Shown: piece after piece, positions 8,533 to 17,419 of the stretch | Numbering within the stretch: the first letter of the stretch is position 1 | How the letters are laid out: every line of letters starts with the position of its first letter | Virus record (IMG/VR): IMGVR_UViG_3300027714_000011 | Location: 14,554 to 78,553 of that record | From: a virus | DNA length: 64,000 bases | Strand: one strand, 5' to 3' | Program-made: the position numbers and the translations under genes | Notes under the pieces: model-generated | Database searches by the model: none | Seen by the model: the letters and a program-made list of their open reading frames with translations, nothing else | What the model was told of the DNA's origin: nothing

Positions 8533-9267
8533 ATGTATACGTTAAGCGAACTTCAACAGATGATCTTTATCGACATCGAAACCAGTACTCAAAAACAAAC
8601 GTTCCAGGAGGTCATAGATGATAACCCTGCTCTTGAAGAGTACTGGAATATAAAGACTACACAACTTTTAGAAAATCAACCAGAAACACTCAAGGGCTTT
8701 ACTGATCCGCATAAAATGTGGTCTCGCATGGCAGGACTTTATCCAGAATGGGGTAAAATAGTTTGTATTTCTGTTGGTCAATTAAAGTTTGATGAAACAG
8801 GATTTCCTAATGATTTTAAAGCTATGTCATTCAGTGGAACCGATGAAGCTCAGATTCTTAAAGACTTCTCACAAACTGCTGCAAAAATCATGCAGAAATA
8901 TCCAAAAATGAATTGGGTTGGTCACAATATAAAAGGATTTGATCTGCCTTATATTATTAAAAGATCATTAATCAATGCAGTACAAGTACCTTCGGCATTT
9001 CACTTACATAAACAAAAACCATGGGAAAACTGTCTCTTAGACACTCAAGATGTTTGGAAATTCGGTGGATGGAATTCTGCTAAATTAGGTTTGATTTCAG
9101 AATTATTAGGTATACCTTCTCCTAAAGATGCAATGTCAGGACCAGAAGTTAATGAATACTATTGGAATGATAGATTAGAAGAAATAAAAACATATTGCGA
9201 AAAGGATATTCAAGCTACCGCTAACATCATGCTTAAAATGTCAGGCATGGATATAATCGTAAAGTAA
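8533..9267 (+). CDS. PolB-type 3'-5' exonuclease (DEDDy)
   Basis: FIDIET, GHNIKGFDLPYI, YCEKDI. Confidence 0.85.
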   Translation: MYTLSELQQMIFIDIETSTQKQTFQEVIDDNPALEEYWNIKTTQLLENQPETLKGFTDPHKMWSRMAGLYPEWGKIVCISVGQLKFDETGFPNDFKAMSFSGTDEAQILKDFSQTAAKIMQKYPKMNWVGHNIKGFDLPYIIKRSLINAVQVPSAFHLHKQKPWENCLLDTQDVWKFGGWNSAKLGLISELLGIPSPKDAMSGPEVNEYYWNDRLEEIKTYCEKDIQATANIMLKMSGMDIIVK

Positions 9268-9418
9268 AACATAGAAAGCAATTCAACACATTTCGACATA
9301 TCAATAGAGGTAGACAGTATGTGCAGATGGTATGCAACGAATATTTTTATTAGAGAATAATTGTTCGTAACTTTTAAAAATAAACAGCAAATGTCTTTCC
9401 CCTTTCAATATAAAGTTG

Positions 9419-9435
9419 TATATTAGTGGTATAAT
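9419..9435 (+). promoter_or_regulatory. Putative early promoter TATATTAGTGGTATAAT
   Basis: Variant of a motif present five times; resembles the Bacteroidota -7 element TAnnTTTG. Confidence 0.55.
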
Positions 9436-9464
9436 TAAAACAGAACCCTTTAACAGAATACGAT

Positions 9465-9713
9465 ATGGCAAAACAAACACCATTAGAATTTGCAAGAGAA
9501 TTAGTAGAAAAACACCATGATGTATATCAACTTGAAAGTCTAGCTGTAGAGCATGCGTTATTAACAGTAGATGAAAAGTTTAAAAGTATTAAAGATTCTT
9601 TTGGTGGAAATACTAAAACTAGCATTAAGCTAATGAAGCTATCAAAAGCATATAAAGAATTATTAGAAGTTAAACAAATACTACATAACCCTTTAACAGA
9701 ATACGATATATAA
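9465..9713 (+). CDS. hypothetical protein
   Basis: 82-aa ORF directly after the promoter motif. Confidence 0.7.
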   Translation: MAKQTPLEFARELVEKHHDVYQLESLAVEHALLTVDEKFKSIKDSFGGNTKTSIKLMKLSKAYKELLEVKQILHNPLTEYDI

Positions 9714-9716
9714 AAC

Positions 9717-10028
9717 ATGAGCGATTTTAACGACGAAGACTTCAACATGGACGACTTCATGAATGAAAGCAATAGCGATTTCGAAATGAAATTGGAAGAA
9801 TACAGAGATAACATGATGTCTATTGCAATAAATGCAAACTATGATAACATTAAAAAGAATGGAATCAATGAGTGGCACCTAAGACACTTGCATGAGGTAG
9901 AGCTTATAGATTTGGACAGAACATTCAAAATGATGATTGATTATTTTGAAGAACATGAAGATTATGAAAAGTGTGCATTTGTCTTAGAGCATCAAAAAAA
10001 GATAAGTTCTATTATTAAAGACATGTAG
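9717..10028 (+). CDS. UVR (UvrB/UvrC)-motif-like small protein
   Basis: C-terminal YFEEHEDYEKCAFV. Confidence 0.6.
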   Translation: MSDFNDEDFNMDDFMNESNSDFEMKLEEYRDNMMSIAINANYDNIKKNGINEWHLRHLHEVELIDLDRTFKMMIDYFEEHEDYEKCAFVLEHQKKISSIIKDM

Positions 10029-10036
10029 ATATATAA
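10028..10036 (+). promoter_or_regulatory. Putative late promoter GATATATAA
   Basis: Followed by TAC-ATG, as at 7093. Confidence 0.55.
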
Positions 10037-10039
10037 TAC

Positions 10040-10300
10040 ATGAAGAAACATATAAAATTATTTGAAGAGTTTAGAGCAGATCTTAAAGATGAAGATCCTC
10101 TATTAACTAAAGTAAGACACTTCGGTGGTTCTATTAAAAGTTTAGATGATTGGTTACGTAATAAGATTGGTGAAACTAATCCTTATAAAGATACTATAAT
10201 GGTCAATGGACCTCACATGGGTGAAAAAGATAATTCTCTGCCTTATCAGGATTTTCAAAATGGTAAGTCAGACTTAGTAAAGAATAAATATGGAAGATAA
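10040..10300 (+). CDS. putative internal head protein
   Basis: N-terminus MKKHIKLFEEF. Confidence 0.65.
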   Translation: MKKHIKLFEEFRADLKDEDPLLTKVRHFGGSIKSLDDWLRNKIGETNPYKDTIMVNGPHMGEKDNSLPYQDFQNGKSDLVKNKYGR

Positions 10301-10511
10301 ATTAGCAAAAGAACTTATTGTTCAATTAAAAAGGATTGCAGACGCATTAGAAAGTTCTAATAAAACATTAGAGACTTCTGAGAAACGATCGGTTATTCTA
10401 GAAAAACTACAAGAGAAAAACTTAAGAGCTGACTTAAGAGAAAAACTTAATATTGAAGAACCTACAACTAGACCATCCCCTAGATTAGAAAAAAATGATG
10501 GATCCGTATAA
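10290..10511 (+). CDS. hypothetical coiled-coil protein
   Basis: LKRIADALE heptads; overlaps both neighbours. Confidence 0.65.
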   Translation: MEDKLAKELIVQLKRIADALESSNKTLETSEKRSVILEKLQEKNLRADLREKLNIEEPTTRPSPRLEKNDGSV

Positions 10512-11301
10512 TATATTAGGAGTAGATAAATCATCTTCACAAGACGATATTAAAAAAGCGTATAGATCATTAGCTAAGAAGCATCATCCTGATAAAAACA
10601 ATGGAGATGATGTTAAATTCAAAGAAATTGCTGATGCTTATGAAAGGATAGGGGATCCTTCATCTAGAAAGGATTATGATCAGGCTTCCAATTTTCAAAA
10701 CTTTAATGGATTCGATGGGCGAGTTAATATGTCCGATGTATTCGATCAGGTTTTTGGCAATGCATTTGGTTCTAATAAACAATCAACTAAAGGTGATAAT
10801 CTCAGATTAGATTTACACTTAAGTTTTGATGAAGCATATTCAGGGACTAGTAAACAATTCGCAGTAAACGGAAAAGATTTAAAGGTAGATTTTAAACCTG
10901 GTTTAAAAACAGGAATGAAACTTAGAATCAGTGGAAAGGGACAACCTCATCAATACAATAGTACCTTACCAAATGGAGATCTCATAGTCCACATACATGT
11001 TATGTTTAGACCAGAATGGATACTACAAGGTGATGATATATGGTTAGAATTAAATTTACCATGGTATGATATAACGATTGGTACTAAAATAGCAGTTGAC
11101 ACACCAGAGGGTAAGATATACATCAATGTTCCTAAGAATAGTTATCCTGGAAAAACACTAAGAATTAGGGATAGAGGCTATCCTATATATGGCACAGAAA
11201 ATAAAGGTGCACTTTTATGTAAATTAAACGCAACATATTCTGACTTAAATGAGGAACAATTAGAATATATAAAGAAAGTAAAAGACGCTTATGATGGATG
11301 A
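10495..11301 (+). CDS. dnaJ: DnaJ/CbpA-type co-chaperone (class B, no Zn finger)
   Basis: J-domain YNILGV...KKAYRSLAKKHHPDKN, G/F region, DnaJ C-terminal domain. Confidence 0.9.
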   Translation: MMDPYNILGVDKSSSQDDIKKAYRSLAKKHHPDKNNGDDVKFKEIADAYERIGDPSSRKDYDQASNFQNFNGFDGRVNMSDVFDQVFGNAFGSNKQSTKGDNLRLDLHLSFDEAYSGTSKQFAVNGKDLKVDFKPGLKTGMKLRISGKGQPHQYNSTLPNGDLIVHIHVMFRPEWILQGDDIWLELNLPWYDITIGTKIAVDTPEGKIYINVPKNSYPGKTLRIRDRGYPIYGTENKGALLCKLNATYSDLNEEQLEYIKKVKDAYDG

Positions 11302-11557
11302 TAGTTTATTTAGTGGCAAGAATCAGAATTGGTTCAGAGTATTTGACAATTTAATTGTTAATGATGAAGACGCGTTTTATAATATGCTCTACATGGCCAT
11401 AACTAAACATCCTTCATATGTTATAATGTCAGACCTAGAGATTGATCGCAAAGAGACTATTTTAGGTGTAATGTTAAAACACTTTGAAAACAAAGAAGAA
11501 TTTGAAAAATGTGCTAGCATTTACAATATAAAAAAACAAATTAAAACAATATGCTGA
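11291..11557 (+). CDS. UVR-motif-like small protein
   Basis: HFENKEEFEKCASI. Confidence 0.6.
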   Translation: MMDDSLFSGKNQNWFRVFDNLIVNDEDAFYNMLYMAITKHPSYVIMSDLEIDRKETILGVMLKHFENKEEFEKCASIYNIKKQIKTIC

Positions 11558-11733
11558 TTATAGAGGTAAATAAAGATAACATAGAAAAAGCTCTAAAACA
11601 ATACAAGAGAAAGGTTATTAATACCAAACAATTAAAAAAACTAAGGGATCAGCAGAATTTTACCAAACCATCTGCCAGAAAAAGATTGAAACTCCAAAAG
11701 GCTAAATATCTACAGTCTAGATTTCAATCATAA
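11551..11733 (+). CDS. rpsU: Ribosomal protein bS21
   Basis: MLII..NIEKALKQYKRK...LRDQQNFTKPSARKR..QKAKY, Flavobacteriia-type. Confidence 0.9.
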   Translation: MLIIEVNKDNIEKALKQYKRKVINTKQLKKLRDQQNFTKPSARKRLKLQKAKYLQSRFQS

Positions 11734-11844
11734 TAATATATTAATAAATTATCCTAATAAGAAAAAAACAAATAGGACAATTTATACATTAATATATACA
11801 ATGTAGAATATACATTCTACCAAAAAAGACAGGTAATTCAAAAG

Positions 11845-12105
11845 ATGGCAGGCTTTATTTCAAATTCAGATAAGGATAGTTTAATGAGAGCTAGTTATTA
11901 TCAAATAACTAGAAACTTCACCAAGACAGTGAACAGATTCATCGCGTTTAAAGATTCTGACAGAATAGTTGAAATACCACACGGTATCAAACAACGTAGT
12001 AAATTTATAGATTTAATGATCAAGTATTTTGAATCTCTAGAAGAGTATGAGAAGTGCACTAAATTATTAAAACTAAAAGAACTTGTCATAATGGCAGGGG
12101 ATTAA
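11845..12105 (+). CDS. UVR-motif-like small protein
   Basis: YFESLEEYEKCTKL. Confidence 0.6.
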   Translation: MAGFISNSDKDSLMRASYYQITRNFTKTVNRFIAFKDSDRIVEIPHGIKQRSKFIDLMIKYFESLEEYEKCTKLLKLKELVIMAGD

Positions 12106-12125
12106 TTATAAAAATAATATTTTAA

Positions 12126-12833
12126 ATGAGTAGAGGAACTGAAAAGCAAACGAGACAGAGCAAAGGCGGAACAATTGATTCCGGTTTAAAACGAGTTACA
12201 CTTAGACAATCCCAACACAAATATGTAAAAACAATAGAAGAAAACGATATCACATTTTGTTACGGACCAGCAGGAACATCAAAAACATTTACAGCATGTT
12301 TCGTAGCACTTAAATTATTACAAGAAAAGAAGATTAAAGAAATTATCCTTTGTAAGCCCATTCAAGAGGCAGGTGAAAAGTTAGGATTTTTACCAGGTAC
12401 TAAAGAAGAAAAGATGGATCCTTACATGAATTCGTATGTGTCAAACATTACGAAAATCGTAGGAGGACAACAAGCAAAATATTTATTTGATAGTAAAACT
12501 ATTAGATTTGAACCACTTGCATATATGAGAGGCGACACTTTCGATGATGCACTTATGGTTTTAGATGAGGCACAGAACGCCACGTTTAAACAACTGATGT
12601 TATTTGTTACTCGTATGGGTAAAAGCAGTAGAGTAGTTGTAACAGGAGATGTTAGTCAACATGATATCGCTAGACAACATGTTGGTCTTCCTGGTTTTAT
12701 AGAAATCATGAAAGGCGTAAAAGGAATAGGCGTCCACGTATTTGATAACAAAGATATTGTTAGAGCTAAGATTTTACAGGAAGTTGTACAGAGGTATGAT
12801 GATTGGAAATCTAAAAACGAAAGTAAATTTTAG
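12126..12833 (+). CDS. phoH: PhoH-family ATPase
   Basis: GPAGTSKT, LGFLPG, LAYMRGDTF, DEAQN, VTGDVSQHD. Confidence 0.93.
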   Translation: MSRGTEKQTRQSKGGTIDSGLKRVTLRQSQHKYVKTIEENDITFCYGPAGTSKTFTACFVALKLLQEKKIKEIILCKPIQEAGEKLGFLPGTKEEKMDPYMNSYVSNITKIVGGQQAKYLFDSKTIRFEPLAYMRGDTFDDALMVLDEAQNATFKQLMLFVTRMGKSSRVVVTGDVSQHDIARQHVGLPGFIEIMKGVKGIGVHVFDNKDIVRAKILQEVVQRYDDWKSKNESKF

Positions 12834-12875
12834 AAACTATTTTACAGATTCACATATAAATACTAAACACATTAT

Positions 12876-13508
12876 ATGGATCAATATAAAATACTATTAA
12901 AACACAGTCACACTGGTGAGCAATCTATTATAGAGATTGGATTAGACGAAGCAGGCCGAGGAGCACTTGCAGGTCCAGTTACTGTCGCAGCATGTATTAT
13001 GCCATTTGGATTTCAACATGAAATCATTAAAGACTCCAAACTATTAAGTGAACCACAACGAGTAGATGCAAGGCGCATGGTATTAGAGAACGCGTTGGCG
13101 TGGTCTGTAGTACACATTCCAGTCGAAGAGATAGAATCTACTAATATTTTAAAAGCTACGCTGAATGGCATGAGGGTGTGCTTGGACAACGTTAAAAAAG
13201 ATCATGATTTTGATTTTATTTTAGTAGACGGAGATCAATTTCATGGTTACGATGGAATTCCTTTTGAAACAGTAGTCGGAGGAGACAACATATACACCAA
13301 TATTGCAGCAGCTTCTATTCTAGCCAAAACAGAAAGAGATCTTCTTATGAAAGGATTGAGTAGTGATTTTCCAGAATACGGATGGGGTTCTAATAAAGGA
13401 TATGGCACTAAACAACATAGAGACGCCATCGTAAGCGAAGGAGCAACTGATCATCATAGAAATTCATTCATTAGTCACATGTTGACTACAACCAATACTT
13501 TATTTTGA
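12876..13508 (+). CDS. rnhB: Ribonuclease HII
   Basis: GLDEAGRGALAGPV, DSKLL, AAASILAK, NKGYGT. Confidence 0.93.
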   Translation: MDQYKILLKHSHTGEQSIIEIGLDEAGRGALAGPVTVAACIMPFGFQHEIIKDSKLLSEPQRVDARRMVLENALAWSVVHIPVEEIESTNILKATLNGMRVCLDNVKKDHDFDFILVDGDQFHGYDGIPFETVVGGDNIYTNIAAASILAKTERDLLMKGLSSDFPEYGWGSNKGYGTKQHRDAIVSEGATDHHRNSFISHMLTTTNTLF

Positions 13509-13849
13509 GATCACTTTTAACAGGAATGCTATTATTCTTTGCTGGACAAACCATGATTTGGTTTCAAACTAATGGCCAATTTATATCTCCATGGGCTAAG
13601 AAAAACACTATTATAATTTCAGTACTCGGAGGAACTATAATTAGTTATATGTTTATTAAGGCTACTGCGTATATTGCGGGATATTATGACGGGGCACTCT
13701 GGCCTGGAAGATTCATAGGGTTTTCTTTGGGAATTACATCTTTTGCATTTCTAACATGGTATTTTATGGGAGAGGGTATAAACAGTAAAACTATGGTTTC
13801 GTTAGGTCTGGCAGTTTTATTAATATGTGTACAATTATTTTGGAAATGA
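13505..13849 (+). CDS. small four-helix membrane protein (DMT/SMR-like)
   Basis: Four hydrophobic segments; TTG start overlapping the rnhB stop. Confidence 0.6.
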   Translation: MRSLLTGMLLFFAGQTMIWFQTNGQFISPWAKKNTIIISVLGGTIISYMFIKATAYIAGYYDGALWPGRFIGFSLGITSFAFLTWYFMGEGINSKTMVSLGLAVLLICVQLFWK

Positions 13850-14100
13850 AAAAATCAAAATTACCTTGGATAGAAAAAGATAAACCGACAAATGTTGTTG
13901 TTTATAGAAAGCAAAAAACTAGCAGCACTTATTACATGATAATAACGAACGTACATGTTGACGTCATCAATAACCTAAGAGCAACTAAACCAATCATCGA
14001 TCATAAGTATGAAATTGTTGAATTAGGTGTAGGTTTTGCTTTTATTGAAGAGTGGTCTAATAAGTATAAAATTAAAAATCCTAAAATAATAACAAAATAA
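13846..14100 (+). CDS. hypothetical protein
   Basis: Likely start is the ATG at 13846 (ATGA overlap with the previous stop). Confidence 0.65.
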   Translation: MKKSKLPWIEKDKPTNVVVYRKQKTSSTYYMIITNVHVDVINNLRATKPIIDHKYEIVELGVGFAFIEEWSNKYKIKNPKIITK

Positions 14101-14111
14101 AGGCACATATA

Positions 14112-14152
14112 TTTTTTTATGTCAATTATTTGTGGTATATTAGTAGTATAAT
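14112..14152 (+). promoter_or_regulatory. Putative early promoter TTTTTTTATGTCAA-N-TATATTAGTAGTATAAT
   Basis: Conserved at 14112, 14619, 15392 and 16073. Confidence 0.65.
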
Positions 14153-14161
14153 AACAAACAC

Positions 14162-14386
14162 ATGATAAGAAATAAACTACACAAACATCAGGATAATCCA
14201 ATCGTTATAGATTTGACAGGGCCAGAAGGCAATGCATTTATGTTGATGTCATATGCAAAATCGTTTAGTAAAGATCTTGGAAAGAATTATGAAGATTTGC
14301 AAAAACAAATGACTAGCGGCGATTATGAAAATTTAATTAAAGTATTCGATGATGCATTCGGGGACTTTGTAATACTAGAAAGATAA
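14162..14386 (+). CDS. conserved phage hypothetical protein
   Basis: IDLTGPEGNAF...MTSGDYENL, a motif I recall from many phages. Confidence 0.7.
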   Translation: MIRNKLHKHQDNPIVIDLTGPEGNAFMLMSYAKSFSKDLGKNYEDLQKQMTSGDYENLIKVFDDAFGDFVILER

Positions 14387-14388
14387 CA

Positions 14389-14607
14389 ATGGAAAATAGA
14401 TCAATTAAAATTATAGGAACATGGTTCGGTGCAGTACTAGCACTAGTATTCATAGGAGTGTTCATGGCTTTACCAACAATGTGGCTGTGGAATAGTTGTT
14501 TAGTGCCATCATTAGACGGTGTACGTGTAATAGATTTTTGGCAAGCTTTAGGAATTAATATATTGTCAAGTATTCTATTTAAAACATCCAATGTTAAACA
14601 AAAATAA
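14389..14607 (+). CDS. small membrane protein
   Basis: MWLWN...IDFWQALGI with hydrophobic helices. Confidence 0.7.
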   Translation: MENRSIKIIGTWFGAVLALVFIGVFMALPTMWLWNSCLVPSLDGVRVIDFWQALGINILSSILFKTSNVKQK

Positions 14608-14618
14608 ATCACACCAGA

Positions 14619-14659
14619 TTTTTTTATGTCAAATAAAAGTGGTATATTAGTAGTATAAT
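14619..14659 (+). promoter_or_regulatory. Putative early promoter
   Basis: tttttttatgtcaa...ggTATATTAGTAGTATAAT. Confidence 0.65.
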
Positions 14660-14670
14660 AAAAACGTAAT

Positions 14671-15123
14671 ATGGAAAAGAAAATAATGTATTTGGATATG
14701 GACGGTGTTTTAGTTGACATCTTTAAAGCATGTGCAGATAAGTACGGAAAAGATTCAGTATCTAGAATTGGTGATTTACTAGATGAAGATCCTGAATTAT
14801 TTTATGAAGCAGAACCAATTCCTGGTGCTATTGAAGCTTTTAACAAATTAGTGGATGTATACGATGTATATTTATTGACTAGCGCACCATGGGAAAGTTT
14901 GGGTTCTGTCAAGGCTAAAAGATTATGGGTTAGAAAATACTTAGGTGCACCTGCATATAAAAGAATTATCACTAGCCACCATAAAAATTTAATGATTGGA
15001 GATTACTTAATTGATGATAGAACGGCTAACGGCGCCGGAGAATTCAAAGGAGAGTTGATCCAATTTGGTACAGAAAAATACTTAAATTGGGATATTGTAC
15101 TTGATTACTTAAAAATTAAATAA
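14671..15123 (+). CDS. 5'(3')-deoxyribonucleotidase (NT5C-type HAD)
   Basis: LDMDGVLVD, LTSAPW, K..WV, GDYLIDD. Confidence 0.85.
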   Translation: MEKKIMYLDMDGVLVDIFKACADKYGKDSVSRIGDLLDEDPELFYEAEPIPGAIEAFNKLVDVYDVYLLTSAPWESLGSVKAKRLWVRKYLGAPAYKRIITSHHKNLMIGDYLIDDRTANGAGEFKGELIQFGTEKYLNWDIVLDYLKIK

Positions 15124-15124
15124 T

Positions 15125-15355
15125 ATGGATTTTAAAGAAAACACAGACGCATTATTCGACATACATAGAAAAACTAAAAGAGTTATAAGTTCATGTGTAA
15201 TACCATCTCAATTAGAATCTGCTAGAAATTATGTAGAAAACTTTAGAAGGTGGATGTCATGTATTGTGTGTGAAGATAAAACACAAGAGGTTCTATTAAA
15301 AGGAATAATAGATGACGTTGAATTGGAGTTAAGACTCAAATATCTAAATATTTAA
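15125..15355 (+). CDS. hypothetical protein
   Basis: 76-aa ORF. Confidence 0.65.
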   Translation: MDFKENTDALFDIHRKTKRVISSCVIPSQLESARNYVENFRRWMSCIVCEDKTQEVLLKGIIDDVELELRLKYLNI

Positions 15356-15382
15356 TTGTTCGTAACTTTTTAGAAAATAATT

Positions 15383-15413
15383 AAGCCCACATTTTTTTAT
15401 GTGGGTTTTTTTT
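15383..15413 (+). terminator. Intrinsic terminator overlapping a promoter copy
   Basis: aagcccacat...atgtgggtt hairpin followed by a T-run. Confidence 0.6.
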
Positions 15414-15415
15414 GT

Positions 15416-15432
15416 TATATTAGTAGTATAAT
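15416..15432 (+). promoter_or_regulatory. Putative early promoter
   Basis: TATATTAGTAGTATAAT. Confidence 0.65.
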
Positions 15433-15448
15433 AAAAACAGTTAAAGAT

Positions 15449-15847
15449 ATGAAACAATTTAATGCAAATGAAGTAAAGTGCAACGGAACAGGTGGTTCAG
15501 GCTATCAAGCCGTTCTTAAACACAAAGACGAAATTCAAGGAATCTGTCAAGAAGTTAGAGATCTTATAGGTATTGAAAAACTATGGGAACTAGCAACAAC
15601 AGAACCTAATGTTGATTATCATCAAGGAACTAGATTTAATTCTGTAGAAGATAATACATATCGACTTATTAGTGGAATTGCAAATCATATCTCAGAATAT
15701 ATTCATACCAGTGAACTAATCGAGATGCACGTAGGATCTATTCTATCGATGTTAACAATTGAAGATAAAGTAACACTTGTTGCCGATGCTTGTAGAGATT
15801 GTGCAAGCGCAGATCACTGGTATACATTCGAAAAAGATTGGGGATAA
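15449..15847 (+). CDS. hypothetical protein
   Basis: Likely start MKQFNANE at 15449, downstream of the promoter (the track start at 15401 lies inside the promoter/terminator). Confidence 0.7.
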   Translation: MKQFNANEVKCNGTGGSGYQAVLKHKDEIQGICQEVRDLIGIEKLWELATTEPNVDYHQGTRFNSVEDNTYRLISGIANHISEYIHTSELIEMHVGSILSMLTIEDKVTLVADACRDCASADHWYTFEKDWG

Positions 15848-15848
15848 G

Positions 15849-16061
15849 ATGACTATTGAAGAAAGATACGATCGCATAGATTCTACATCATATGTAGTGT
15901 TTCCAGATAATAAGACAATATACGCTATTGAAAATATCGAAGTATTTGAAAACACCATTCTCGTAGAAACAGATACTGGTTGGTTATTCAATGACATGGA
16001 TGTGTTTACCGTTGAAGAAATGGTCGATGTTGAAAATAAATTAGAAGAATTAATGAAATAA
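15849..16061 (+). CDS. hypothetical protein
   Basis: Likely start MTIEERY, one nt after the previous stop. Confidence 0.65.
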   Translation: MTIEERYDRIDSTSYVVFPDNKTIYAIENIEVFENTILVETDTGWLFNDMDVFTVEEMVDVENKLEELMK

Positions 16062-16072
16062 ACGCATAAATA

Positions 16073-16113
16073 TTTTTTTATGTTAAATAAAAGTTGTATA
16101 TTAGTAGTATAAT
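16073..16113 (+). promoter_or_regulatory. Putative early promoter
   Basis: tttttttatgttaa...tgTATATTAGTAGTATAAT. Confidence 0.65.
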
Positions 16114-16128
16114 TAAAAACTTAAAGTC

Positions 16129-16263
16129 ATGTATAAAATTAAAACAAAATGGATCAAATTTATGTTTAAGTATGCTAAAACAACATTAGATTTGAATGGT
16201 ACATACATAAAAGAAGAATGGAATAAAGCTGGGTTTAAAGACTCAATAATTGAAAAAGTATAA
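16129..16263 (+). CDS. small hypothetical protein (44 aa, not in ORF track)
   Basis: MYKIKTKWIKFMFKYAK..., directly after the promoter. Confidence 0.55.
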   Translation: MYKIKTKWIKFMFKYAKTTLDLNGTYIKEEWNKAGFKDSIIEKV

Positions 16264-16299
16264 TTAAAGAATTACAAGAAAACTTTGAACTATAAGACT

Positions 16300-16506
16300 A
16301 TGAAAATTACAAAACAATCACAACTGTCGGGTAAAACAAATACCATGGAATTAGATATAACTAATGAACAATTAGTGAAATATGATAATGGTGAACTAAT
16401 ACAGAACGTATTTCCAAATATGAATGCAGATGAAAGAGAGTTTCTAAAATCGGGTATTACGTCTAAAGAATGGTCAGATGTTTTCGGTAATGGAGAAGAT
16501 GAATAA
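16300..16506 (+). CDS. conserved phage hypothetical protein
   Basis: LIQNVFPNMNADEREFLKSGIT..EW. ATG at 16300 preferred over the TTG at 16285. Confidence 0.7.
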   Translation: MKITKQSQLSGKTNTMELDITNEQLVKYDNGELIQNVFPNMNADEREFLKSGITSKEWSDVFGNGEDE

Positions 16507-16521
16507 TTTAAAAAAATAAAA

Positions 16522-16986
16522 ATGAGTAAAAAATCAGTAATTTTTGATCTAGATGGAACTCTAGCAATAATTGATAAAAGACGAGTATTGGCAACTAAGC
16601 CGGATGGTAAAATTAACTGGGACATTTTCTTTGATCCTAAAAACATTAGCTTAGATGTACCAAATCACTCAGTAATTAAAATGGCCCAATTGTTAAAAGC
16701 AGATGGACATAGAATTGTTATTTTTAGTGGTAGAAGTAAAGCGACTAAAGATACTACTAGAGATTGGTTAGATAAATTTGATGTGCCATTTGATGTACTT
16801 AAAATGAGGCCAACTGGTAACGAATTTGGATTTATGCCAGATGACAAGTTAAAACAAGGATGGTTAGACGATTTGTTCCCTGATAAAGCAGATATCTTAT
16901 GCGTATTTGATGACAGAGATAAAGTCGTTAAGATGTGGAGAGATAATGGATTGACTTGTATGCAAGTTGCACCGGGTAATTTTTAA
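16522..16986 (+). CDS. HAD phosphatase, polynucleotide kinase 3'-phosphatase-like
   Basis: FDLDGTLA, FSGR, MRP, VFDDRDKVVKMWR. Confidence 0.85.
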   Translation: MSKKSVIFDLDGTLAIIDKRRVLATKPDGKINWDIFFDPKNISLDVPNHSVIKMAQLLKADGHRIVIFSGRSKATKDTTRDWLDKFDVPFDVLKMRPTGNEFGFMPDDKLKQGWLDDLFPDKADILCVFDDRDKVVKMWRDNGLTCMQVAPGNF

Positions 16987-16996
16987 AATATAAATT

Positions 16997-17416
16997 ATGA
17001 AACACTTAAAAATAATAAAAGCAATTAATAAAGCTGAATTTAATCTAGAGGAACTAGAACAAATCAGTTTAGCAATAGCTAACATAAATCATCAAGAGAG
17101 CGCAGAACTAGAAGTTACATCGTATGATGGTAGAACTTATGAAACAGATGATTATGCATTCGAAGCTACTCGTATTTTACAAGAAGATGGTACACCGTAT
17201 GATGATCAGTGCTCGATTGAAGTCACTGATAAACGTACTAAACCATGGAAAGAAGAATACTTAGATAATGCACATTGGATGATTGGCGTTTTAGAAAATG
17301 ATAGCGAATCAATGGTTGAAGCAAATACTATGTTTAATAAACATGGCATTGCAGAATTTAGGGCTGTTGTCAGAGACCTTATTAACGTGGAATGGTTACC
17401 ACAACAAAAAACATAA
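16997..17416 (+). CDS. hypothetical protein
   Basis: 139-aa ORF. Confidence 0.7.
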   Translation: MKHLKIIKAINKAEFNLEELEQISLAIANINHQESAELEVTSYDGRTYETDDYAFEATRILQEDGTPYDDQCSIEVTDKRTKPWKEEYLDNAHWMIGVLENDSESMVEANTMFNKHGIAEFRAVVRDLINVEWLPQQKT

Positions 17417-17419
17417 ATT

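Noticed and set aside
9362-9371. TGTTCGTAAC as a DnaA box or origin
   Set aside because: Three mismatches to the canonical box and only two dispersed copies.
9268-9464. tRNA or ncRNA in the larger intergenic gaps (also 11734-11844)
   Set aside because: No cloverleaf or T-loop context found. The gaps hold promoter motifs and only a short hairpin (gtagaat-atac-attctac, 11803-11820).
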